Origin: a virus
Lineage: Duplodnaviria; Caudoviricetes
Length of the DNA: 64,000 nucleotides
IMG/VR virus record: IMGVR_UViG_3300032030_000024
Span: 32,001 to 96,000 of that record
Reading direction: 5' to 3' (one strand)
Shown in pieces: positions 55,801 through 64,000 of the stretch. The notes beneath the pieces were generated by a model. It saw only the letters and a list, made by a program, of their open reading frames with translations, made no database searches and was not told the DNA's origin. Numbering within the stretch: the stretch's first letter is position 1; each line of letters begins with the position of its first letter. The position numbers and the translations under genes were made by a program.

Positions 55801-58800
55801 GGATCTCGTGGGACTTCCCGTACTTATCCATAACCTCGTAGGATGATGAGAACACGGTAGCGATACCGTCGCCTGCGTCCGTCCATCCTTTCCTGACAAG
55901 CTCTGCGGCATCTATCAGCGGACGGGCAAGCACATCGACGTTGCCGTTGCCGAACTGCTGCTGTAAGGCATCCATGATATCGCCCTTGCCGAACGTGCGG
56001 AGCATCTGCTTCTCTGCGTCCTGTACGGATTCGAGGGAGTTGCGCACAAGCCCCTGCCAGCCGCCCTTTCCCTCGGCTGTCAGCTCGAAGGGCGTGACGT
56101 TCTGCTTGCCCTTGTTGGCGGTCTCGTAGGCGGTCTTGCGGTCTTGGTAGATTTTCTTGTAGATGTCCTCTTCCTGCCGCTTGATGTCCTCTATGGTGCG
56201 CATGTGCTGTGCCTCCCGCTCAGCCCTCTCTCGCTCTGCGGCAGACTTTATCCCCGCAATCCTCGCATCCTCACGGGCACGCTCCGCGTCACCCTCCAGC
56301 TTCACCATCTCCTCGGTGTGCTTCTGAGCCTGCTGCTTCTCCTTGACCTGTGCGGCGGCACGCTGTTTGGCGAGCTCCGAACCTTTCTTCATCAGCTGCT
56401 CAACGTCCTTGTAACGCTGCTTCAGTTCCTCATACTCCTTCTGTGTGAGGTTAGAGAAATCTATAGTGCCATCATCGCTTTGTCCTTTGCCACTTAGAAA
56501 ACGATTGTATTCGGCCATCCGTTTCTTCTGATCCTTTTCTGCTTCGGCTTTCCAATACTTCGTGGATGTAGGAGTGGAGCTGCCTGTTGAGCTGCTGTCG
56601 ATATTTGACTGAGCCGTTTTTCCTTCTGTCTTTCCTCGCTCTGATATATCCGTGCCGTCAGTATTCTCACCTTTTTGTATTATGCCAGCCATTTCCAAGA
56701 GCTTCTTCACCCATCCGGAGACTTTGCCAGTGATGTTTACAAGAATGTTTGCGTCAAACGGATTCTTACAAATATCTAACAACTTTGTTTTGAGGTCATC
56801 GATGTATTGCAGCTGTTCCTGCTTGCGCTGAATCTCCAATTCAAGCGGACGGGCTTCGTTCTCGTCTTTAGCATCTTCTAACTTTTTGCTTAACTCGTCT
56901 ATATCATCCTGTATTTTCTTCTTCGCATTGTCAATATCTTCCTCAACGCTTTGGGACGTTATTCCGTATGCTTCGGCTATCTCTTCTGCGCTGCGACCGC
57001 CTTCACCGCTCATTTCGGCAAACTCCTTCCGTGCTGCACCGAGACGATTCATAAACTCCTGTGCAAGGTCGTCTATTTTTTCGTAGTCCTTCCCTATCTT
57101 AACAAGAGCTTGGTCACCCAGCTGGATGTTTTCTATTTTTCGGTTTATTCGCACTACTACTTCCGTATCTCCTGCCTCTATGAGCTTCATAATGCTCTCG
57201 TATGAGTCAAGGTCTTTTATGGCCTTCTCCCACTTTACCCGTATCTCGGCCTTTCTACTGCCAGATGCTTTGTCCATCTGATTGCCGAGTTCTTCTACTT
57301 TTTCTTTTGCCTTTTGTATCTGCTCCTGAAATTGTGACTTATATTTGTTGGATATTTCAGAAACCTGTGAGTCAATTTCAGACTGATTCCTCTTGATTTC
57401 TTCTATTTTCCCACCTATTTTAGGCAACAAGCCATCTATTTCAAGAAGACGTAGCTGTATTGCACCAGCCTCCCCCGTTGGGTCTTGCTCTTTAAGAGAT
57501 TCCCTTTCATTTTTAAGATTACGCAGTTCTTCTTCGTACTGCTTTAAGCTCTCAATATTTTCCTTTGTTTTGTTGTCGAGTGGTGTTATTTCAGAATACA
57601 AAGACTTAAGAACATCAGTAGCTGTGTTACTGACTTCTGGGGAAGAAAAACCGTTCTTGAATCCTGCAATAATCCCATTTTCTGCTCCTTCTATCAGTTT
57701 ATCTTGTAACTCATTAGCCGCATCTGTCGCTTGACGGTCGAAGAAGTCGCTTAAATCTGTTGTACTGCCAATGTCATCTTTCAGAGACTTCGCCCATTCC
57801 TCGCCAAGATTGTGTTTCTCAGCCATAGCGTCAATTCGCCTATCTGCATCATGGAAGAAAGCGATTCCTGCATCCTTATATTTTTCCTGCAACTCTTGAA
57901 CAGCCTCATAACGACGTTGCTCCCACGACTTCATCTCTTCTTCAGAACTACGGCTTATCAACGCTTCTATTCGTTCAGATGACATTCCTTTAAGTTCTTC
58001 CATCGAATAGTTTGCAAAGATTCCACGCAATTGTATAAGCTTTTTATAGGCTTCCGTCTGAGCTATCAAAGAAGCGGTATTGCTTTGAATAATGCTAATA
58101 TTGCTCCGTATCTCACCTTCCTGGTTTTTCAATTGCTCTGCATATTCAGCTGCTGTATCGTTGAGTAGTTTCTGTGATTCCGCTGCCGTCAATTGACTAT
58201 CATGGTAGGCGTAGCAAGCATAAGCTAAAGCACCCAATGCGGCCACGACAAGGGCGTATGGATGCGCCGCCATGACTGCTTGCAATCTTTGCTGTGCCAA
58301 TGCCAATAGCTGTGTGGCCGAAGCATTCTTTGTCTTTTCAACCGTGTTAAGCCTTGTTCCTGCCGTGTTAGCAGCTTCCGATGCCGTCTCTGCTATCTTT
58401 GCGGCCATTTCACGCTTGGTTGCCAGTTCACTCGCTTTTATAGCAGCCGCGTTGAATGATTTCCAAGCAGCCGATGCTTTCTCTAATGCATTGTTGGCTA
58501 TAAGTGCAGCACGATATATTCCGTATGCTACTACTACATCTTTTATGGTATTAATAATCTTCTGCCAGTTCTCCAGCAAATAGTCAAGTGCGGAATTGGC
58601 TTTTTCAGCCCCCCAGTCAAGTAGTTCATCACTGACAAAGTTTCCGCGACCTTCTGCCATTGCGCTCTGCAATTTGAGCCACTTCACAAAGACTCCTTCG
58701 AACTTCTGGCCGATTTCCTCGTACATTGCGGCGAGGTTATCCTCCAACTGTCCGGACTCTGCGCTAATGTTATCCATCATTGACAGCATGAGGTTGTGGA

Positions 58801-60667
58801 ACATACCGCCCTCACCTGTTACCTTGTCGAGAACCTTGTTAAGCTGATCAAAGGAAATGGTAGTACCAGACACGGTTTCACCCATATCACGCAACACGTC
58901 CTTAATCATTACACCCTTCACAGCCCATTGTTGAATACCTCGTGCATCTACCACACCAGTAGCCTTGGCGCGGTTATAAGCATCGACAAGTTCCATCAGC
59001 GAGCCATGTGTGCCTGTTGCGACATTGGAAAGCTGGTCAAGACGCGGGATGATAGTATCGACGTTGTGACCATAGGAAATCATCTGCTGAGAGGCTTTTG
59101 CCAAGTCCGAGAACTCGGACATATTGTAGTAGGCATAATCCTTCAGCTTGGCGGTGAACTCAGCACCCTTTTCTGCACTGCCGAGGAATACCTTCATAGA
59201 TGATTCGATGTCCTGAAAATATTCTCGCCACTCACGGGCTTTTTCAAAGAAGTCCTTTAGTTCGTTAAGCCCGAGCCCGATGCCTGCAATGGCTGCTACT
59301 TTTCCTACAAGCTCCTTTGCTTGGCTGGTTACGGCGTTTGCGATGTCCGGCCCGTCCGGTGATCCGCCTGCACCACTTTTGTTTATATCATTGCTCAGTT
59401 TCTGTACCTCGCTGACGGCATCCTTCCGCTCTGCCTTGAACTTGGAGAGACTATTTGAACATTCATCAAGCTGTTTCTGCAACCTGTCAACCTCTTCCCG
59501 TGCCTTAGTGATGGCTACGGGGTCTTGGGCTTCGGCAAGCTGCTGTTTGGCTTTCTTTAATGACTCTTCAAGTGCATCGTAACGCTGCTGGTTCAGCTCT
59601 ACCGCTTTATTCATGTCATAGAGCTTTTCTAATGCGCTTTCCACTTTCTTTGCAAGGTCTGAACCAAGTACTTCTGCCGCATGGCGTGCCGCTTCATCCA
59701 ACGCACGGAACTCCTCTTGATTCTTTGCCAGCTCTTCTTGTAGGCTGTTCAGCTTCGGCAAGTCTATGTCATTGTCGGGCATAGACTGAATCTGTGCTTT
59801 CAAGTCCTCTATCGTTCTCGCCAGTTCGTGATAACGGTTGAATACATCCTCACTGATAAATATTTTTGTGGCCGTTGACTCTGCCGTGTCCGCGAATCCC
59901 TTATATACATTATTAAGTTCTTCCACGGAGTGCTTCATCTGCTCGGTGCGGGCGTTTGACTCCGCAATCAGCGCGTCACAGGTTTGTACCTGTGCATTGC
60001 TGTCCTCCCAAGCCTTAGTCCAGTTGGCCACGGCCTCGCGACCACTTTCCAACAGGGCAATGTCTGCCTCGTCGTAGAATCCTTCTGCTGCACCGTTGTA
60101 TTTCTTGCTTAGCCGTTCCTCATACGCTTCAAGCTTTGCCTTGTTACGGTTGATACCCTCGGCATTGATGTTGCGCTGCTGCTCTGCGGCTGCTTTCTGC
60201 TGTTCCAAAACGGTAAGGATGTCGGCTTCAAGTTTTAGACGCTGCTCTAATGCTGGTATGGCTGCTATGGTCGATGTGTTGCCAAGTGGGGCTTCTGTTG
60301 TCTTTATATCGTTAAGGATTGTGGATAGCTCGGTAGCAAACTTCTGAAACTTCGCTTTTGGGCGTTCCGTTGAATTTGCGAAATCGTCCATCGCTTTCTT
60401 AATCCTGTCACGGGCTGCATCAGCAGCATCGCCAGCGAGACCGATGTTTCCAACAAGCTTACTGAAAACATTGGCTATCGACTGTGCCCTGCGCTCGAAA
60501 ACCTCAGTTTGGCCACCGTCTGCCATGCGCTTGAACACATTACCAATGTCACCGCCGGCCTTCTTAACGAAAGCAGACATCCTGTTGACAGCACCAGAAA
60601 TGGCGTTGAATGACTTTACAATCGGGTCGTGATTTGATATAATATCAAATTTTATTCCTATCGGCAT
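52892..60667 (-). CDS. Tape measure protein
   Basis: 2591 aa, helical Ala/Glu/Lys-rich; tape-measure domain (E.SM.V.LGS.EK ... TGEGGMF.NLM ... LEDN). Confidence 0.9.
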   Translation of the reverse strand: MPIGIKFDIISNHDPIVKSFNAISGAVNRMSAFVKKAGGDIGNVFKRMADGGQTEVFERRAQSIANVFSKLVGNIGLAGDAADAARDRIKKAMDDFANSTERPKAKFQKFATELSTILNDIKTTEAPLGNTSTIAAIPALEQRLKLEADILTVLEQQKAAAEQQRNINAEGINRNKAKLEAYEERLSKKYNGAAEGFYDEADIALLESGREAVANWTKAWEDSNAQVQTCDALIAESNARTEQMKHSVEELNNVYKGFADTAESTATKIFISEDVFNRYHELARTIEDLKAQIQSMPDNDIDLPKLNSLQEELAKNQEEFRALDEAARHAAEVLGSDLAKKVESALEKLYDMNKAVELNQQRYDALEESLKKAKQQLAEAQDPVAITKAREEVDRLQKQLDECSNSLSKFKAERKDAVSEVQKLSNDINKSGAGGSPDGPDIANAVTSQAKELVGKVAAIAGIGLGLNELKDFFEKAREWREYFQDIESSMKVFLGSAEKGAEFTAKLKDYAYYNMSEFSDLAKASQQMISYGHNVDTIIPRLDQLSNVATGTHGSLMELVDAYNRAKATGVVDARGIQQWAVKGVMIKDVLRDMGETVSGTTISFDQLNKVLDKVTGEGGMFHNLMLSMMDNISAESGQLEDNLAAMYEEIGQKFEGVFVKWLKLQSAMAEGRGNFVSDELLDWGAEKANSALDYLLENWQKIINTIKDVVVAYGIYRAALIANNALEKASAAWKSFNAAAIKASELATKREMAAKIAETASEAANTAGTRLNTVEKTKNASATQLLALAQQRLQAVMAAHPYALVVAALGALAYACYAYHDSQLTAAESQKLLNDTAAEYAEQLKNQEGEIRSNISIIQSNTASLIAQTEAYKKLIQLRGIFANYSMEELKGMSSERIEALISRSSEEEMKSWEQRRYEAVQELQEKYKDAGIAFFHDADRRIDAMAEKHNLGEEWAKSLKDDIGSTTDLSDFFDRQATDAANELQDKLIEGAENGIIAGFKNGFSSPEVSNTATDVLKSLYSEITPLDNKTKENIESLKQYEEELRNLKNERESLKEQDPTGEAGAIQLRLLEIDGLLPKIGGKIEEIKRNQSEIDSQVSEISNKYKSQFQEQIQKAKEKVEELGNQMDKASGSRKAEIRVKWEKAIKDLDSYESIMKLIEAGDTEVVVRINRKIENIQLGDQALVKIGKDYEKIDDLAQEFMNRLGAARKEFAEMSGEGGRSAEEIAEAYGITSQSVEEDIDNAKKKIQDDIDELSKKLEDAKDENEARPLELEIQRKQEQLQYIDDLKTKLLDICKNPFDANILVNITGKVSGWVKKLLEMAGIIQKGENTDGTDISERGKTEGKTAQSNIDSSSTGSSTPTSTKYWKAEAEKDQKKRMAEYNRFLSGKGQSDDGTIDFSNLTQKEYEELKQRYKDVEQLMKKGSELAKQRAAAQVKEKQQAQKHTEEMVKLEGDAERAREDARIAGIKSAAERERAEREAQHMRTIEDIKRQEEDIYKKIYQDRKTAYETANKGKQNVTPFELTAEGKGGWQGLVRNSLESVQDAEKQMLRTFGKGDIMDALQQQFGNGNVDVLARPLIDAAELVRKGWTDAGDGIATVFSSSYEVMDKYGKSHEILVTPILPDGTVLSQKELEDYIGNSLEGADNILEADEKKLVIAVDIPVPDAQLQKLHEQLTDLPTDKIERIQELYNTIDPDPAIAAIRKIQQSLDTIDPSQLEGTFRTLESLNVSNLTEQENAMLREFLKKQASEAAKTNAALTRERLQSMRDYLKEYGTLEQQRMLITEEYEDKISAARAEKNEGAALKYTKELQKIQGQLTFENISKDIDWKALFGGIGAMSKQMMQEMMSRLQSYTKTDEFQKSGAENQEKVVQLMSELRSYLGSEDAAMTDLAAAMINFNNAVTRLETAQREEQSAKSQYEQAKGTDSEAKMKEAFDKASASVVEAQEDVRNFGTALNQASDAVVNYVSKLDVALKDSPWAGTKGFNSLQSASSDISRFIGDVNKKTAEDMAERLKGNIGFEQMQQELAEAVAGGDINQAQADNQLVSAFGTSMEKTLFDVKELLGGMGGTMEGLLSSSVGFFLQVPELILNLANSIKGMVTGILDSMTELISFEWLSDLVNSILKSIGNLVQAIFDLPANLFNALSSIITDGVGGLLQSVGNAITFGGLDTWLGNRSNAEDIMDYRKELMGKLEIINDSVKRMTDTLSESYGMSAVETAKGIEKLLEEQQYYYKENVLSAGNSDYGGRHSEWWHRNKNGGEDWRTFGGEVRHGYVDTLKKWMEANGYGTFKGTSWQNFFDYLGGLENGQGAEILSRIRETPELQKVWYELMRKDSYDNGQIAKAVTEWADSYEDIKKLKDQLNEQLLGTTAENIFNDFMNALYDMADGAEDVFDDIAESWQKMINRMMINNIVGQKLREELEKEYDTWAKEVEKANNIEDENKRRQAIDNANKTFYNAYSKTLESATDKVRELQEAGVIQELDEVTKQQSATVNSAQNITYEQADALAGILLGHTALFEQGRATSELILQNLQTMQAGFQGSFNELRNLTIQANGTRETMLKVMKEHYESFDTKLTNIYKQLQEA

Positions 60668-60802
60668 GGCTGTTATCCTAAAATATGCCGCAAATTTAGT
60701 AAAAACTATTTAGTAAATAAACGTTCTAACGCATATTAACTTTTTTTTTGCTTAAAGACAATTGGGGAAATGGAAAAGTTTTTATTTTTGCAAATAAAAA
60801 AA

Positions 60803-61045
60803 ATGAAAATTCTAAAAGTTATCTCCGTATTGATTTTCTTGTGTAGCATTGCTTCTATTTGGTTCTTTGTTATGTTTTTGGGTACTATAGGGAAAAGCCG
60901 AGAAACCAACGATTTCCTTTACTTCGCAGTTTCCCTTGTAGCAACGATTCATTTGTGTGTGTGCTACTATGTCACAATGGCTTGTCTCATTTACATCGAC
61001 AAGAATAAAGAGCATTCACTTTCAAAAATCAAAATTGAAGAGTAA
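60803..61045 (+). CDS. Small two-TM membrane protein (moron-like)
   Basis: AT-rich, opposite strand, own TATTTTTG promoter at about 60782-60789. Confidence 0.55.
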   Translation: MKILKVISVLIFLCSIASIWFFVMFLGTIGKSRETNDFLYFAVSLVATIHLCVCYYVTMACLIYIDKNKEHSLSKIKIEE

Positions 61046-61472
61046 CTATGGATCTCAACGCTCACACTTGGCGGCTCTTCAAGGAGCACCCGGACGGACA
61101 GGCGGTGATAAAGCTGAAAACGATGAGAATTGGCAGAAATGGCGCTCTTTAATAGCTTTCCCTTGTATAAAAGTATTGGGTAACTAAGCATTATGCAGAC
61201 GAACCGATGGTTGATATTTGACCCTTACGCCGCGAGCCACAGCCCGCTATCCATAACGGATGAAGGCCGAAAGATGATGCAAAGGCTTGGCGTGGCAGGA
61301 AACCTTGCACCGCCCCCTTTTGTGTAAAAGCTGCCAACAACCTGTCTGTCAGCCGCCATCGCCCGCAATACAGGCTCGTTTCGTTTTATGGGGTCTGTTT
61401 TGCTTCTGTCGGCCTTTCGGCATTCGGTTGAACAACTATGCCACCGCAAGTGTTTCTCGCCGACGTGCGGCC

Positions 61473-61718
61473 TCATTTTCGCATAGACACCTCGCAGTAG
61501 TAGTCGCACCCGTCCTTGGCGCGTATCTTCATAATGAAGCCTTTTGCAGAAGGGGTCTCAAAGATGTCGTGTACCTCCCAGCCCTGCTCCACCTGTAAGT
61601 CCTTCACCTTGTCAATCATCGCCCTGAAAGCCTGTTCGTTTGTCAGAGGCAGGCTCTCGTATTTCTTCGGACTTACCCGTGCGCTGAAAATGATATTCTT
61701 GATTACTAACTGTGCCAT
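61473..61718 (-). CDS. Hypothetical protein
   Basis: In the short operon after promoter module copy 3. Confidence 0.55.
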   Translation of the reverse strand: MAQLVIKNIIFSARVSPKKYESLPLTNEQAFRAMIDKVKDLQVEQGWEVHDIFETPSAKGFIMKIRAKDGCDYYCEVSMRK

Positions 61719-61834
61719 ATCCGTACCTCCTGTTTCTATTTATTGATATATGCTTCGTAACCTCTGTGGCTTGACGTGTGACGGATGTCAAACAAGGTAG
61801 CCTTTGCGAATGCGATACTGTTCTGTCTCTTCAT

Positions 61835-61968
61835 ACTCATTGTGCCGCTTACCTTATCGCGGTCGGGTTCTAAGGGTTTTGTTGGTACAAAGATACAAAA
61901 AGGACGGCAATGGTGCAAGTATTTTATCTCTCTTTAGCTTAACCCACCGACCTTTAGCTTTAGTTAGC
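61835..61968 (-). promoter_or_regulatory. Repeated promoter module, copy 3
   Basis: TATCTTTG at 61888-61895; 61930-61968 nearly identical to 15173-15211; GTTGGTACAAAGATAC...GGCAATGGTGCAAG shared with copy 1. Confidence 0.7.
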
Positions 61969-62050
61969 GAAAATCGGGCTGGCACGGCACTAACAATGCA
62001 ATAAGACATACCGGCCAGCCCGCTTACAATGAACTAAAGAAAGAAAAGAA

Positions 62051-62368
62051 TCAAGTTTCGTTCGTACCCGTCATCCACTTGCCGTTCTTCTTCAGCCTGC
62101 GGACGCGGTTATAGACGCTGTTGGCATCCGCACACTTCAGCCGCCTTGCGATATACTCTGCCGTGTAGGTTCCCCAAAGCTTCATCAGCACGGCATCCTC
62201 CTCCGCAGTCCACTTATGGATGCGGTGGAGGTTCATGGCCGCGCAATGGTTCCGCACGGCCTCGTATGACCGTCCGAGAGCCAAGGCGATATCACCGATG
62301 CTCATATCCGAGAAGTGCTCCTTGATGTAGGCCTTCTCAGCCTTTGTTATTCCGTCAGTCCATCCCAT
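62051..62368 (-). CDS. Tandem Myb/SANT-like HTH protein
   Basis: T..E..YI..H......IA..LGRS..AV and WTAEED..L......IA..L repeats. Confidence 0.6.
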   Translation of the reverse strand: MGWTDGITKAEKAYIKEHFSDMSIGDIALALGRSYEAVRNHCAAMNLHRIHKWTAEEDAVLMKLWGTYTAEYIARRLKCADANSVYNRVRRLKKNGKWMTGTNET

Positions 62369-62371
62369 AGG

Positions 62372-63589
62372 CTAAAACTTCTTGTGGTTAAGCAGCTCGT
62401 CCTTTGTCATCACGTCCTCCCACGGGAAGAAGCGCATGCCGTCCTTGGTGTACGGTGTGCGTCCGAAGTGGCCGTAGGCGGCTGTCGGCTCGTAGATGGG
62501 ATTCTTCAGGTGAAGCATCTGCTCGATGCCCCACGGCGTGAGGTCGAAGTGTTCCTTGATGAACTGTGCCGTATACTCGTCCTTCCATCCGTGCGACCAC
62601 GTCCCGAAGGTGTCAACGCAGATGCTCACAGGCTCTGCCACACCGATAGCGTAGGCCAGCTGAATCTGCATCTTCTCAGCGATTCCGTTGGCCACGAAGT
62701 TCTTTGCCAGATAGCGGGCTGCATTGGCAGCGGAACGGTCTACCTTAGACGAGTCCTTGCCCGAAAAGGCGCCGCCACCGTGAGCAGCATGTCCCCCGTA
62801 GGTGTCAACGATAATCTTCCTTCCCGTCAGTCCCGTGTCACCTGCTGGCCCGCCGATGACGAACTTTCCCGTCGGATTGACGTGGTAGGTGATGTTGTCG
62901 TTGAACAGCTTCAGCACCCGCCCGTCGGTAATCTTCGCCTTGACATAGGGGATGAGCGTGTTGATGACATCATGCCGTATCTGTTCCTGCATGGCCTTGT
63001 CGGAGCCGAAATCGTCATGCTGTGTGCTCACTACGATGGTGTCAATGCGTGACGGCTTGCCCGTCACGTCATACTCCACCGTCACCTGACTCTTCGCATC
63101 GGGACGCAGGTAGCGCATCAGCATGCCTTCCCTGCGAATCTCCGCAAGTGCCTGTACTATCCTTGTGGCAAGGTAGTGCTCCACGGGCATGAAGGTGTCC
63201 GTCTCGTTGGTGGCATAGCCGAACATCAAGCCCTGGTCACCAGCCCCCTGCAAGCGTCCAAGGTCGGAGGTCGTTCCACGGTCAATGTCGGGCGACTGCT
63301 CGTGTATGGCGGTGAGTATTCCGCAGCTGTCTGCCTCGAAGCCGTACTCAGGCTTGGTGTAGCCTATCCTGCGGATGGTGTTCCTTACTACGGTGGGCAC
63401 GTCGACGTATGCCGTCGAGCTGACCTCTCCAGCCACAATCACCTGACCCGTCGTCACCAACGTCTCTACTGCCACATGCGCCTCCCTGTCCTGAATGAGG
63501 AACGCATCAAGGATGGCATCGGAGCACGCATCACAGCACTTGTCTGGATGCCCCTCGCTAACGCTTTCTGATGTAAATAGTTTCTTCAT
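62372..63589 (-). CDS. metK: S-adenosylmethionine synthetase
   Basis: [61 protein letters not shown]. Confidence 0.95.
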   Translation of the reverse strand: MKKLFTSESVSEGHPDKCCDACSDAILDAFLIQDREAHVAVETLVTTGQVIVAGEVSSTAYVDVPTVVRNTIRRIGYTKPEYGFEADSCGILTAIHEQSPDIDRGTTSDLGRLQGAGDQGLMFGYATNETDTFMPVEHYLATRIVQALAEIRREGMLMRYLRPDAKSQVTVEYDVTGKPSRIDTIVVSTQHDDFGSDKAMQEQIRHDVINTLIPYVKAKITDGRVLKLFNDNITYHVNPTGKFVIGGPAGDTGLTGRKIIVDTYGGHAAHGGGAFSGKDSSKVDRSAANAARYLAKNFVANGIAEKMQIQLAYAIGVAEPVSICVDTFGTWSHGWKDEYTAQFIKEHFDLTPWGIEQMLHLKNPIYEPTAAYGHFGRTPYTKDGMRFFPWEDVMTKDELLNHKKF

Positions 63590-63609
63590 ACTTTTTGTGT
63601 TTTTGTAAT

Positions 63610-63978
63610 CTATTCTTTAATAAAGTCGATATATTCAACTGTTATCCTGTCGGCATCAACATCCTCGCGGAGCAGCTTGTGCAGCTTGGCAGGCGGAAAC
63701 GCAGACTTCCATCGGAGAGGACAGAACACGGTGTAGTTTGCCCCTTTCTCCGTAAGGTCATCAAGGCGGTACGGAAAACCGTAGTTCGACACGAAACCGC
63801 TTGTTTCCTGCTTGAACCTTTTCAGCTCATCGGGATTGTTGATGTTAATCTTTCTCATATACTTTGAGCTTGCTCCGCTTCTTGGTTTCCATGATATACA
63901 TTCCTTCGGTGGCCTCCAATGCAAGACCTTTTTCAATGAGACCACGATAGTCAAAATAATGAGCATTAAGCCAATCAA
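63610..63978 (-). CDS. Hypothetical protein (start uncertain)
   Basis: ORF upstream of metK. Confidence 0.4.
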   Translation of the reverse strand: MIGLMLIILTIVVSLKKVLHWRPPKECISWKPRSGASSKYMRKININNPDELKRFKQETSGFVSNYGFPYRLDDLTEKGANYTVFCPLRWKSAFPPAKLHKLLREDVDADRITVEYIDFIKE

Positions 63979-64000
63979 AAATTTCGATTGATGAAATTAG

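Noticed and set aside
61048-61327. Two short plus-strand ORFs (MDLNAHTW..., MQTNRWLI...)
   Set aside because: Under 50 aa with no recognisable motif; possibly gene debris, not supportable.

Overview
The whole window is part of a temperate, long-tailed (siphovirus-like) phage of a Bacteroidales host, probably Prevotella-like, judging by the many Bacteroidetes TAnnTTTG promoters and the gene content. Almost everything is on the minus strand. From right to left: an accessory block with metK; tape measure, Dit and a large tail protein; holin and amidase lysis genes; an apparently intact attP (tRNA-Pro-like core) beside a tyrosine integrase; a repressor/Cro switch; recombination and replication genes (Sak4-like ATPase, nuclease, SSB-like protein, a RecD2 split into two genes, an intein-containing SF2 helicase, DNA MTase, NinG, dUTPase, an initiator with internal iterons, DnaB); an accessory region at about 4.7-13.8 kb; and tail-fibre-like genes at the left edge. 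Head and terminase genes are not in the window. The standout feature is at 4.87-12.49 kb. About 13 small, mostly basic ORFs with unrelated bodies share a roughly 19-aa N-terminal leader (M-A-x-E-x-x-x-A-R-E-x-x-x-x-P-L-N-A) that is conserved at the protein level, not the DNA level. Two cargoes resemble polymorphic-toxin domains (a CdiA-C-like nuclease and a JAB/MPN-like domain). The nuclease faces a convergently transcribed small RNA with a predicted pseudoknot. I infer a leader-tagged effector array, possibly capsid-packaged internal proteins. Interleaved with it are luxS, a PAPS-reductase-family gene whose C-terminus appears replaced by a TnpB element, tRNA-Ala and a structured RNA. All family assignments come from recognising motifs by eye; no database searches were run.
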